The notes below the pieces were generated by a model, which was not told the DNA's origin, searched no databases, and worked only from the letters and a program-made list of their open reading frames with translations. A stretch of 64,000 nucleotides of DNA from an uncultured bacterium (GTDB lineage: Bacteria; Margulisbacteria; WOR-1; CAVSGV01): the NCBI GenBank assembly GCA_963727815.1, contig CAVSGV010000006.1:28541-92540 (forward strand), in the 5' to 3' direction. Within the stretch, counting starts at the first letter, position 1. The number at the start of each line of letters is the position of its first letter. The translations under genes were made by a program, and so were the position numbers. Below are positions 27,975 through 37,889 of the stretch, piece after piece.

Positions 27975-28532
27975 TCAAAAATTAACGCACGATCCGCCCG
28001 CCCTATCGTCATCCCTCCTTTCTATGTCTTTGATCAAGGGGAATATTATACCACCGTCGACTATCCCTCTGGCCCAGCCCCTTGCAGTGTGGGCATTCCT
28101 GGTTTTTTCGAAAGTCAGAGGTTTATAGAAGCTTTTTTCTCCCACCACGTCGCTGCCGGCAAGGCGTTCTTTCATATCATAAAGCATCCGGCCCGCTCGC
28201 CCGCTGTGGCAGCAAAATACCGCCACCTTCTTGTCTTTCAGGACGATCTTCTTGAAAAAAGAACGTATCGCCGGCGAATAGGTGCCGACCCAGACAGGCG
28301 AGCCGATAAATATTATTTCGTATGAATTCGGGTTCCTATCAAAGAACCGCAGCCTCGGAGCCGAACGCATGAAGACCTGAATGAACGCTTTAATGTTCAT
28401 GGAACGCGAACCGGGCCTGTACGGAACCATCGTCCTAATTTCAAGTATGTCCGCGCCGGTCTCCGCCGCGATGTTCTCCGCGATGAACTTCGTGTTCCCG
28501 CTCAACGAAAAATAAACGACCAGGGGTTTCAT
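27975..28532 (-). CDS. flavodoxin-family protein
   Basis: The N-terminus MKPLVVYFSLSGNTKFIAENIA is a flavodoxin FMN-binding loop. 185 aa. Confidence 0.7.
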   Translation of the reverse strand: MKPLVVYFSLSGNTKFIAENIAAETGADILEIRTMVPYRPGSRSMNIKAFIQVFMRSAPRLRFFDRNPNSYEIIFIGSPVWVGTYSPAIRSFFKKIVLKDKKVAVFCCHSGRAGRMLYDMKERLAGSDVVGEKSFYKPLTFEKTRNAHTARGWARGIVDGGIIFPLIKDIERRDDDRAGGSCVNF

Positions 28533-28882
28533 GCAACTGCCTGCAAGTCCGATGACATCTCAAGCATGTTCACCCTGATGTAATTCCTGTCGCCGATAAG
28601 CTCGGACCTGTCTATCAGCTTGTACCCGACCGACAATCCGCATCTGCGGCAGAACAGTTCCATGATGTCCGAAGAAAACTTATCATCCTCTCCTCTGACG
28701 TTCGTAACTTTCTTCGGGGAAAAGAATGACGGGCTTTCTATGAGATCAAGATCGTCGTCTGCTGCCGAAAAGATCTCGTTGCCGCAGTAAATGCACTTGA
28801 ATATCCTGCCGCTAACTTTTTGTTCTCCATTTATCAGCATAGAGCAACCTCCTTTCATGCTTACTATTGTTTTCGCGCTCAT
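28529..28882 (-). CDS. small zinc-ribbon protein (two CxxC pairs)
   Basis: CIYCGNEIF ... CRRCGLSVGYKL. The spacing is reminiscent of MsrB/yippee-type beta-tent zinc sites. 4-nt overlap with the flavodoxin gene. Confidence 0.35.
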   Translation of the reverse strand: MSAKTIVSMKGGCSMLINGEQKVSGRIFKCIYCGNEIFSAADDDLDLIESPSFFSPKKVTNVRGEDDKFSSDIMELFCRRCGLSVGYKLIDRSELIGDRNYIRVNMLEMSSDLQAVA

Positions 28883-28951
28883 TCTCGGCCATCCGTGTTA
28901 CATTTTGATTAAATCAGGGTTTATACGATGTAAAAATTTTCCGCAGGTGGA

Positions 28952-29812
28952 ATGAAATTTCGATACCGATCAGGCGATAATCAATTGGCCATGATCGAAG
29001 ATTATAAGATAAATATAGGCACGCAGGTGCCAAGCCAGATGCTGGATATGCACATGATCGGAGAGGCATTGTGTAGAGTGCAGACCGATATCGCGGCACC
29101 GGACTCACTCATCAATAATAAATTGAATGTGCTCAATCAAAACGAAGCTCTGTCCTGCTTCGTGCGCTCGGTTTTTCCGCCCACTGCGCCGTCATTGGGA
29201 AAACCACGCGAAACTGAAGGCGTAAAACGAGCCCTTACTGATGAAGAGCGAGAATATATCGCGCGCGCCTATAAATACGTTGCTTCTCTTCTTGAAAAAC
29301 CTGTCTTCGACATGGAATACATAGCCGAGATCAATAACATCTGCCGGTGGGGCGCAGCCCGGTCCGACATGACTTCATCCAGTGAAACGGAGTATTATAA
29401 GATCGCCAAAGAAAACTTCAGAGAGATGAACGCCAATCGGGATTCATTTTGCACCTACAAAATCGGTCCAACATGGAGATGGTTCAAAGCCAACAGGGAC
29501 AGATCACCCTATGAATTGGCTGCGGGTCTTTTCGCAAGGATGGTCGTCGAGCCTCAAATGTTCTGGATGCGGAACGAAGAGACAGGATCCGTCATGGCAG
29601 CGTACATTTTTGCAAGAGCGGGGATCAAGCCTTTCTATCTTGATATAGATACTGCCCCAGAGTTCTTTTATTTATCGGACAAAATACGTCTTTGCAGTAA
29701 ATTTGGGCCGGTAAGATGGATGCAATCCCATTATTACACCGGACGGTTCGCTAAATTTCTTCAGAAGAACTTCAAGGCTGTCAATGCTCAGCATAACGGA
29801 GAAACTATTTGA
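28952..29812 (+). CDS. hypothetical protein, possible degenerate Fic-fold
   Basis: The segment MFWMRNEETGSVMAAYIFARAGIKPFYLD aligns positionally with the Fic core HPFxxGNGRxxRxxxxxxLxxxGxP but lacks the His and the GNGR. Confidence 0.3.
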   Translation: MKFRYRSGDNQLAMIEDYKINIGTQVPSQMLDMHMIGEALCRVQTDIAAPDSLINNKLNVLNQNEALSCFVRSVFPPTAPSLGKPRETEGVKRALTDEEREYIARAYKYVASLLEKPVFDMEYIAEINNICRWGAARSDMTSSSETEYYKIAKENFREMNANRDSFCTYKIGPTWRWFKANRDRSPYELAAGLFARMVVEPQMFWMRNEETGSVMAAYIFARAGIKPFYLDIDTAPEFFYLSDKIRLCSKFGPVRWMQSHYYTGRFAKFLQKNFKAVNAQHNGETI

Positions 29813-29971
29813 TCTGTCTTTTATAAGCCGCTTCAGGTTTCCCCAGGTAAGACTGTCACAATAAACTAACAAAATAGTAACAATACCTTCACTTGCACTT
29901 AACATGCAGATCATACAATACATTCAAATTCGTATTATTAATTACAGATCGATTCGGAAGGCGGTGATCAT

Positions 29972-31516
29972 ATGGAAGGCGCAATGGCTTTAAGAATGGA
30001 AATGCAAGAAGAAAAACGGCACTTTGTTGGCCCTTTCGGAGATTTTTCATTATTGATCGACGGATTGGATATAGACACAGGGATAAGGCACAATTACATT
30101 TCGGTGGAGAACAGGCTGCTGAACATCGACGAGTCCGTTGCCACGTATTGTTTATCTGACAAAACAGAGATCGTTCTTGCGGTCAATTCCGCGAAAAAAG
30201 CTTTCGAAATATTCCGCAAAGCAACGATCGATGACAGATTGAACGTGATAAGAACATTAAAGAACAAGATTTCCCGCAATATGGACCTGCTGATCGATAT
30301 CTGCATCGCCGAAGGATTGTCGGTCAAATCGGCGTTGTGGCAGCTGGACACCATATTGAACGTCATCGTTTCGGAAGATAACTTCGAGCTTTACAGATAT
30401 CTGGCAAGGCCGTATGACAACCTCAGAAAAGAAGGGGCATATATGTACAGGCAGCCCCTCGGCGTGCTTGGGATAGTGACGCCTTTTAACGGAGCGATTC
30501 TTTTGGCGGGTCTCGGCATAGTAAGCCAGATAATATCCGGGAATACATCGGTGATAAAAGCCCCCAGCACGAACCCTGTATCGACCTTGATATTCGGGAA
30601 GCTGGTATGCGAATCATTGCAGGAAAATAAAATGCCAGCTGGCGTCATCAATGTTATCGTCGGCAAAGGCGAAGATGTCGTTGACCAATGGCTGGATAAA
30701 AGGCTTATTGAAGGCCTTGTATTCTATGGAGGCAGCGGGACAGGCTTAAAGATAGGTTCAAAGGCGATCAGGCAGGGGATAAAACCGATACTTGAACTTG
30801 CCGGATCCGACGCATGCGTCGTGCATGAAGATGCCGACCTCGATGAAGCCGCCGTGAATATCGTAAAAGGAAGATTCCTTGCCTCCGGCCAGGTCTGCAT
30901 TTCGATAAAGCGTTTGATAGCCCATGAATCGATACATGATCAATTGATCGAGCGGATATTGTTCCACGTGAGAGACCTTAAGGTAGGCCTGCCTTCCGAC
31001 CCGGCGACCGACATAATTCCCCTGGGGCACCAAAAAACATTATCATTGATCGGGAGTGCCATCGAAGATGCGGTATCGAAAGGCGGGACGGTACAGTGCG
31101 GAGGATACAGGATGAACTACCTTGGTGAAAAAGATATTAACGGCCTGTATTTTGCGCCAACCGTTGTCACGAACGTCAGTTATAACGATGATATCATGCA
31201 GAATGAGATATTAGGGCCTGTCATCCCGGTGACGAAATATAGATCCATCCATGAAGCGATCAAGATAACGAACAGCTCAAAATACGGGCTGAGAGCTTCC
31301 ATCTGGACCAAGAACAGAGGCATTGCGGACAGGTTCATTGATGAAGTGGATGTTGGAAGCGTCCTTGTCAATAAATTCCATTTGTGGTTCGGCGATGATG
31401 TAGCCCATTTGGGGGGGATGAAAGCGTCATCCGGGACCAATAACGGCGCAAAATACTTCATAGAAGAAATGCTGAAGAAGAAATACGTCAATAAAGAAAA
31501 CTTGATTCATTTTTAA
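29972..31516 (+). CDS. aldehyde dehydrogenase family protein (divergent)
   Basis: ELAGSDACVVHEDADLDEA (compare ELGGKSP) carries the catalytic Glu, and SGQVCISIKRL carries the catalytic Cys. The length and the N-terminal NAD-binding region are consistent with the ALDH fold. Confidence 0.75.
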   Translation: MEGAMALRMEMQEEKRHFVGPFGDFSLLIDGLDIDTGIRHNYISVENRLLNIDESVATYCLSDKTEIVLAVNSAKKAFEIFRKATIDDRLNVIRTLKNKISRNMDLLIDICIAEGLSVKSALWQLDTILNVIVSEDNFELYRYLARPYDNLRKEGAYMYRQPLGVLGIVTPFNGAILLAGLGIVSQIISGNTSVIKAPSTNPVSTLIFGKLVCESLQENKMPAGVINVIVGKGEDVVDQWLDKRLIEGLVFYGGSGTGLKIGSKAIRQGIKPILELAGSDACVVHEDADLDEAAVNIVKGRFLASGQVCISIKRLIAHESIHDQLIERILFHVRDLKVGLPSDPATDIIPLGHQKTLSLIGSAIEDAVSKGGTVQCGGYRMNYLGEKDINGLYFAPTVVTNVSYNDDIMQNEILGPVIPVTKYRSIHEAIKITNSSKYGLRASIWTKNRGIADRFIDEVDVGSVLVNKFHLWFGDDVAHLGGMKASSGTNNGAKYFIEEMLKKKYVNKENLIHF

Positions 31517-31526
31517 TAAGCTCCGA

Positions 31527-34184
31527 TCATCCTTTATTGAATTCAGTCGGCTTTCCTGCAATATAAAGCAATGCGTCATAGGAATCCCCCGTTTTCTCCC
31601 GTTCTCTTCTTATCATAATATCCATTGTTATCGCGCCAAGCACCAATCCGCTGCCTATAAATATGGATGGAATTAAGCCGAATCTGAGCGAGAAATTCGC
31701 ACCATATAACATGATGCCAATGCCCGGGCCGATGACAAGGAATTTGAGCATTTCATTTCTCAGCCATACAATGGTAGTTTCTCTATCCCTTCTCATCCTA
31801 TGTGCCAACTCTATATAAGATGATTCTAAAGGAGAGAGCCCCTTCTTATCCTGGTATGCATATATTTTTTCCAATACAGCTTGCAAATTATGGTATTTCC
31901 CCGAAAGACCCAGGGCTCGTTTTGCTCTAAAGGAAAGCTGCGTCTCGTATTGCGAAAATCTGCTCCATCCTGCCATTTTAGGGTGATAAAAATTATGTAC
32001 CGGTATTGAAGTGATATCTCTCTTTGATATCATGAGAGGGATGGTCTTATCGCCAATAGTCACCGAGTTATTAATGACAAGCTTTCCCATATCGTTAGAA
32101 AGCGTGTTATTAACGAAACCTATTAGTTGTTTATAATCCATCCCTTCAGTATGTTCGAACACTGTAGCTTCTTTCCCGTGCATAATGATGGATGGGTTCA
32201 CAAGCAGCCTTTTTAACTCGACCGAACCTATTTTCGCTCCTTCAACGTAGGTCAATTTTTGGGTCATTCCCCGGAGGAGCAATCTTCCGGCAAACGTATC
32301 TTCAACGGGTATGCCAAAATATGCGTTAAGCATTCTTACGCCTTCAAGATAATTATCCGATAAATAAAATCCATTCAATCCGAGATCGACCCTTGAGAGG
32401 CCAAGAGAAGTTCTTTCGTCGTATAACCATCTCCTTAAAGTATGCGGGGGCGCGGTCACTGGATTTGTGCTGCCTACAAGGCGTTCCTTCATCTTATTGA
32501 GGGGCATAGCATTTTCTCCCTCTTTAATTATCTGTATAACAACGACCTTGCCGCCTCTTTTTGTCAGGTATTCGAACAGTTCAGGCGCGAAACCATCAAG
32601 TATGTACAGATCTCTGCCTTTATAACGGACTTTTTTAACATAGATCTCCCTTGCGAGTTCAACGATTTCACCTTCACCCGAATACCAGTATATATTCAGG
32701 TCCTGGTATGGAATATCTTCTTTTTCCATGAACTGGAAACCTCCGAGAATATTATCTTTAACCCTGTCGACAGACACGCCATAGTGGTTCTTGAACCTCT
32801 CTTTCGCCTGAGCTGAAAGCGCCGCGACTCCTCTTTTTGCCACATCTTTAATGACGCCATATTGATTTTCCGTTATTTGATTTGAAGAAATATACGGTCC
32901 GGAAAGAACCGATATTGCCGCGGCATTCCAGCCATTAGCTCTTAATAAAAACAGAGTTTTCCTTATTATTTCACCCTTCTTTGACTCCTTTTCAAAAAGT
33001 TCGGGTTTTAAGATAATTACAGCTTCATGGTCGTTCATTGTCACTGTTCTGATGTAATATGTCTCATCCAATTCGAGTACATCGCTCCTATCGCCATCCG
33101 TGATATCGTTAACTTCATAAGTTATTCTGTCGGATAATATATTGATATCATTTAGATCGTTCGTTCTGCGGAATATCGTTGAGAAGACCCTTGAATTTTC
33201 CTCTCCCCATTCAATGTCCATGGGTTGCGTCATCATGCTTGCGGGATCCAGGGTCTCCCTTCCTTGTGATATCCTTATGAGCTTGTTCGTCCCGGCCATG
33301 GCATTGATTCCGAGACAAGCTTCCATTACTTTAAAAAATTCATTAATATTTGATGTTGTGTCCTGGATCTCTTTATCCTTCTTAGCCGTCGAACTAGATC
33401 TCTTGCTCATCTCCATATTTACGATCTTGCTCTTGATCTCTTCAATAAGGGTTTTGTTGGGCTTGACCACCAATGCGACAGCCGTAAGGCAATTGGGGTC
33501 TTCCATCATCAAAAGAGGATAACAATCCTTGATAGCATGGATGTTCTGCGCAATAAAGAACAGCGACTGGAGATTCTTATAAAGATCCTGGGATTTTAAT
33601 TGTTTGATCACATCTACGCCGAGCACGGACGGATTTCCAAGAGCCTTACCCGTTTTGATTATTGCATTCAATCCATCTTCAAGCCCCAGTTTTCTTATTA
33701 TCGCAAAATAAAAAATAAGCTCGAGTTCGGACGGGTAGAAACCTTTTTTTTCATAATCACACAGATCATCAAATTGTGCGGTGGTTATGCCGATATCGTA
33801 GAGGACCGTCGCCAGGATTTCTCTAGTAAGGACGGCTTTGATCGCCCTGAAAACCGCGGGAGAAGTTCCGGCTTTGTTCGTAGTGTACTCATCTATCAAT
33901 CTCATTGGCCGAATGGTATCCGTCAGATCCCCCCAGAATTTATCATCGACCAATTGGCGCAGTTTGTTTTGGTCAAAATTATTGAGGATATGTCCGGCAT
34001 CCACATCTGTAAAGCTATGCATAGCTGCGACGGGCTTTGTTTTTTCCTCTTTAAGATATGTTTGAACGGCAACGCGCATTTTTTGAATGACATCATCTAT
34101 CGCTGCTCTATCGAACCTGCCAAAAGAAGTGACTTTTATGCCGCCTCTGATATTGAAAGTGTTTATTTCGAAAGGTCCCGCCAT
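31527..34184 (-). CDS. 885-aa membrane-anchored protein with a nucleoside-diphosphate-kinase-like domain (catalytic His replaced by Tyr)
   Basis: EAVIILKPELF...VVVIQIIKEGENAMPLNKMKERLVGSTNPVTAPPHTLRRWLY...LNGFYLSDNYLEGVRMLNAYFG aligns by eye with NDK ...IVVSVLEGENAV...[20 protein letters not shown]...[21 protein letters not shown]. C-terminal hydrophobic helices are present. It is a paralog of the ORF at 40799-42001. Confidence 0.6.
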   Translation of the reverse strand: MAGPFEINTFNIRGGIKVTSFGRFDRAAIDDVIQKMRVAVQTYLKEEKTKPVAAMHSFTDVDAGHILNNFDQNKLRQLVDDKFWGDLTDTIRPMRLIDEYTTNKAGTSPAVFRAIKAVLTREILATVLYDIGITTAQFDDLCDYEKKGFYPSELELIFYFAIIRKLGLEDGLNAIIKTGKALGNPSVLGVDVIKQLKSQDLYKNLQSLFFIAQNIHAIKDCYPLLMMEDPNCLTAVALVVKPNKTLIEEIKSKIVNMEMSKRSSSTAKKDKEIQDTTSNINEFFKVMEACLGINAMAGTNKLIRISQGRETLDPASMMTQPMDIEWGEENSRVFSTIFRRTNDLNDINILSDRITYEVNDITDGDRSDVLELDETYYIRTVTMNDHEAVIILKPELFEKESKKGEIIRKTLFLLRANGWNAAAISVLSGPYISSNQITENQYGVIKDVAKRGVAALSAQAKERFKNHYGVSVDRVKDNILGGFQFMEKEDIPYQDLNIYWYSGEGEIVELAREIYVKKVRYKGRDLYILDGFAPELFEYLTKRGGKVVVIQIIKEGENAMPLNKMKERLVGSTNPVTAPPHTLRRWLYDERTSLGLSRVDLGLNGFYLSDNYLEGVRMLNAYFGIPVEDTFAGRLLLRGMTQKLTYVEGAKIGSVELKRLLVNPSIIMHGKEATVFEHTEGMDYKQLIGFVNNTLSNDMGKLVINNSVTIGDKTIPLMISKRDITSIPVHNFYHPKMAGWSRFSQYETQLSFRAKRALGLSGKYHNLQAVLEKIYAYQDKKGLSPLESSYIELAHRMRRDRETTIVWLRNEMLKFLVIGPGIGIMLYGANFSLRFGLIPSIFIGSGLVLGAITMDIMIRREREKTGDSYDALLYIAGKPTEFNKG

Positions 34185-34476
34185 ATCAACGCTCTCCTGT
34201 CTGATCGTTTTTCAGTAACACAGGTATATCGCCCACACGGATAAAAAAAATTAGTTTTCCCTTGTAAATTTCTTGTTAATTCCAGGTGAACGACTTTTGG
34301 CGGATATTGTTCATGGAAGCTTTCAGAGCGGAAATCACTATAAAATGGCCCGGAGAACAAGTATAAGATTGAAGAAGATAATAACGCACGGACTCTTAGA
34401 AAATGAAATCTTACCGCGATTATGCAGATATTATCATGTGACATTATTTAATTTGGGCCCGATAAACCTGACTTAA

Positions 34477-36201
34477 ATGAAACCAATAGACGACTTCCAG
34501 AGGCCGGCCGCTGGCGATGCCGCCATGCCGAAACCAATCCTTAATCTTGATCCTGAAAAGACGCAATTCCATTTTATGGACTTCTCATCCAAGAATGAGG
34601 CATCCTTAAGACGGATGACAAGCAATGAGCCGCAGGTGTCCGCTTTCCTTGACAAAGCTCTGACCAGCGGGAAAGCCAGCTATTTCATGCTTTATCATAA
34701 TGTTGATAATGCAGGGAAGCTCGGACAGGTTGCCGATGCCATGGGGTGTGTTTTCCAGCATGAGAAGACCACATACGTGCTGCCATATCTTTTTCCGGGT
34801 TCTTCGATAAAGGAATTCTATCTGGAATCTTTGTTCCAAGATAAGTATCCGCAGAAGATAGTGACGTGGCGTAAAATAGTCAACCTTGATACGGGGGTAC
34901 ACAACCAAGTCTTCGAAGACACGCCGCTTGAATCTCTGTCCATCCCAGAGGGCGAATTGAAAGAAGTTTGGCCTTTTCCTCTGCCTTCGCAGGACAAGCC
35001 ATATATTTTAATGGATAAATCCTTTACCTGGGATGAGAGCAATAAATTATTCAAAGAAGCGAAAAAGAGCGACGACTCGTTCCGTCTTAAAGCGAACACC
35101 ATGTTCCTTCACACTCTCGGTGATAGTATAATGATGGGTTCATTTTTCTATTATGTGCTTGATAAAATGCAATCGATGGGGATCCTTGCAACATTGATCT
35201 TCGTTGAAAGGATCATTCCGCTTGTAATTGGAACGTATGTGAACAGCCGGTATTCCGACAAACTGAGCAAAGTCGAGGATCAGAAAAAGCTGATAAGGGT
35301 AATGGACAGCAAAGTGCCTTTCCTGGACTTGTGGTGGAAATACCATACCATGGACAGCCTTATTGAGCAGAATAAGAGGACGATCCTTATCAAGAATTTA
35401 AATTCAACCTTGTTCTTCGGCATATATTTAACTCTTTTACTGGGCATTCCGGAGATAGGGCCATTCTGGAAAAATGCCGCGTTAGGCGCATATGCGGTAA
35501 GTCTCGCAATGGAATGCGGCGCGCAGATCGGCGAAGACAAGAATTCTTTTGCAATGACAAAGGATATCTTTGATGAAACCAAATATGAAAGCAGATGGTG
35601 GAAGATCTATTCCGCATACCAGAACCGGATAACTTTGCTGGAGATCATCCCTTTTCTTTTAAGTGCCGGGATATGCAAATTAGCCGATCAGGACGCCGCC
35701 GCGCTGTTCCTGACAGCGGGGGGATTCCTTCTTTCGTTATCCAATCGCATATTCTCGAAATATGCGCAGGAAAGGTCCGGCGTTTTCCTGCGCGGAGGAT
35801 ATAACATAATATCGGATGACCAGATGGTCTTGAATAATAAAGATAATGAATTCAGGGCCCGAATGGTCGATCCTAAACATAAACTGAAGCTTATAAAAAA
35901 AGATAAGAGGATTTTCCTTCCCGAAATTGATCCATCAAAGGTCCGCATTGGCGTAAAAGAAGAGCCGAAACTTGTCTCGGTCAGGAACCATTGGCTGTCA
36001 TGGCTTTTATCTTTCGGCATGATAAAAAAACGCACTCTTGCAGTGAAGTCGGGGAATGAACAGATCGAATTCACTTTGATAGGCGACAAAAAACAGAACC
36101 TTGCGGCGCTCTTTGAGCTGATCTCTCCTCCTTCTGACACGCCTGCCGGGATCCCGCCAAAAGAAAATATCCCCGATCCTGCAGGACTTTCGAATAAATA
36201 A
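34477..36201 (+). CDS. hypothetical 574-aa polytopic membrane protein
   Basis: Long ORF divergent from the 885-aa gene, with several hydrophobic helices in the central 250 aa. I recognise no family. Confidence 0.5.
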   Translation: MKPIDDFQRPAAGDAAMPKPILNLDPEKTQFHFMDFSSKNEASLRRMTSNEPQVSAFLDKALTSGKASYFMLYHNVDNAGKLGQVADAMGCVFQHEKTTYVLPYLFPGSSIKEFYLESLFQDKYPQKIVTWRKIVNLDTGVHNQVFEDTPLESLSIPEGELKEVWPFPLPSQDKPYILMDKSFTWDESNKLFKEAKKSDDSFRLKANTMFLHTLGDSIMMGSFFYYVLDKMQSMGILATLIFVERIIPLVIGTYVNSRYSDKLSKVEDQKKLIRVMDSKVPFLDLWWKYHTMDSLIEQNKRTILIKNLNSTLFFGIYLTLLLGIPEIGPFWKNAALGAYAVSLAMECGAQIGEDKNSFAMTKDIFDETKYESRWWKIYSAYQNRITLLEIIPFLLSAGICKLADQDAAALFLTAGGFLLSLSNRIFSKYAQERSGVFLRGGYNIISDDQMVLNNKDNEFRARMVDPKHKLKLIKKDKRIFLPEIDPSKVRIGVKEEPKLVSVRNHWLSWLLSFGMIKKRTLAVKSGNEQIEFTLIGDKKQNLAALFELISPPSDTPAGIPPKENIPDPAGLSNK

Positions 36202-36223
36202 TATTAACCTCAGCTCGGCTTTC

Positions 36224-36529
36224 TTAATTTATCCTTAACAACGAATTTTCCGTTCCAAGCGGGCTCATTACATGTTCGGTAAGCGGGTCCGTGAACCATT
36301 TTCCGTCCAGTAGATACCTGTACTGATGGTACTGATGGTCTCCAGATGTTACGCTGACGGAAGCCAGCCATTCTCCCCTCTTTCCCGACTTGGACATGAC
36401 TATCGCGCCCTTCTCCCAATTCGTGAAATCTCCGGCCACCTTGACTTCCCTGACATCTTGTAAGGTCACGGGCGGCGTGAACTTGATCGCGACCATCTTC
36501 TTCCTGCTGCTTATTGCCATATAAGTCAC
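36224..36529 (-). CDS. stand-alone CBM48/AMPK-beta-type glycogen-binding-like domain protein
   Basis: VKFTPP...VKVAGDFTNWEKGAIVMSKS..GEWLASVSVTSGDHQYHQYRYLLDGKWFTDP matches the V.v.G.FnnW....m.....G.w...l.l.pG.y.YkF.vDG.W..Dp pattern. Confidence 0.6.
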   Translation of the reverse strand: MTYMAISSRKKMVAIKFTPPVTLQDVREVKVAGDFTNWEKGAIVMSKSGKRGEWLASVSVTSGDHQYHQYRYLLDGKWFTDPLTEHVMSPLGTENSLLRIN

Positions 36530-36670
36530 CTCCTCTATTGTTCATTGGACGTTATGCTAATCGGCATTGGTTAAAATAATGTGAAGAATAAGTTACATTT
36601 CAATAATATTTACATGAACGTCATATGTGGGTCGATTTTTTCTGTTATAATATTTCTCGAGGTGGCAAAC

Positions 36671-37300
36671 ATGACAGAAAGCGCTTCAAAGGCCCTCTCC
36701 ATCCTCCGAGATGCTTCCCGTTTCCAGTGGTACGTCGTGACGCTTCTTTTGATAGTCCTCTACATTTATTCCGTCGAAGTTGAGAGGAAGAACTGGAACA
36801 TTTTCTTCGGGGGCCTCGCTCTGTGGGGAATGGACTGGTTCAACGAGATATGGAACGCGCTGCTTTTTCATTTCAATCAATATGCTCCCGCATGGGCAAC
36901 TCCCGGAGCGACAGCTTATAATATCCTGATCGGGCTCAACATTGAGATCACGCTGATGTTCGCAGTGATGGGAATTTACGCATGCAAGATGCTGCCGGCG
37001 AACAAGAAAATGAAGATCTTCGGCATCAACAACAGGATATTCTTCGCTGTCCTCAATGCCTTTCTTGCCGTCTTCATCGAGATAATACTTAATCACATCG
37101 GGGCGCTGTCTTGGGACCTGCCGTGGTGGAACCTGAAAGCGCCGTATCTGATATTCCTGATAGGATATCTTCCCTTTTTCCTTGTCGCATTCTGGGTGCA
37201 TGACATGAAAAAAGTGGCCGACAAGGCGAAGACGGTCGGTGCAATATTGGGATTTGACCTGTTGTGCCTGATACTGTTCATCGCTCTGGGGTGGATATAG
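36671..37300 (+). CDS. hypothetical polytopic membrane protein
   Basis: ATG at 36671 (MTESASKAL) follows GAGGTGG. About 6 hydrophobic helices. The track start at 36581 lacks an RBS. Confidence 0.5.
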   Translation: MTESASKALSILRDASRFQWYVVTLLLIVLYIYSVEVERKNWNIFFGGLALWGMDWFNEIWNALLFHFNQYAPAWATPGATAYNILIGLNIEITLMFAVMGIYACKMLPANKKMKIFGINNRIFFAVLNAFLAVFIEIILNHIGALSWDLPWWNLKAPYLIFLIGYLPFFLVAFWVHDMKKVADKAKTVGAILGFDLLCLILFIALGWI

Positions 37301-37347
37301 ATCAGATCATCGGGATATCAGGGGATCAGAATATCAGAGGGATATGC

Positions 37348-37353
37348 TATAAT
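37348..37353 (+). promoter_or_regulatory. perfect TATAAT 7 nt upstream of the VIT-like ATG (possible leaderless transcript)
   Basis: gatatgcTATAATctgtacATG, with no Shine-Dalgarno between the box and the ATG at 37360. Confidence 0.3.
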
Positions 37354-37359
37354 CTGTAC

Positions 37360-37858
37360 ATGTTAAGAAAGATCCTTCAACACGCACATAATTGGCAGAG
37401 GAGGTTCAGTTTCGGGTCCACCTCCGCGATAATAACCAATCTCGCGCTTATGGCCGGCCTTCATTCGGGACCCAACGCAAAGGTAAGCATAATGGGCGGC
37501 ATCCTCGTAATAGCGCTTGCCGACAACATATCTGATTCTTTCGGCATACATATATTTCAGGAGTGCGAGAGGATAGACAGGTTCGAGGTCTGGATCTCTA
37601 CGGCCTTTAACTTCATGTCCAGGGTCATAGTCTCTCTTACTTTTATAGCATTGATGCTGATACTGCCGCTCAACGCCGCCATACTCTCTTCCATAGTCTG
37701 GGGGCTTCTGCTTTTGGCCGTCTTGAGCTATCTGATCGCAAAGAACGAGTTCGAGCGATCCGTACGCGTCGATATTCACGCACATCTCCATCGCGGTCAT
37801 CGTGATATTATTGAGCAATCTTGTGGGAGATTTTCTGATAAGCCGCTTCGGCAGATAA
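37360..37858 (+). CDS. VIT1/CCC1-family (iron/manganese transporter-like) small membrane protein, frame break near 37750-37757
   Basis: FSFGSTSAIITNLALMAGL...GGILVIALADNISDSFG is VIT-like. After ...KNEFE the hydrophobic C-terminus DPYASIFTHISIAVIVILLSNLVGDFLISRFGR continues in the next frame to TAA at 37856-37858, while the track frame turns hydrophilic. Confidence 0.55.
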
Positions 37859-37889
37859 GATACGATCCAGCCTGATATTATTCCGCGAT

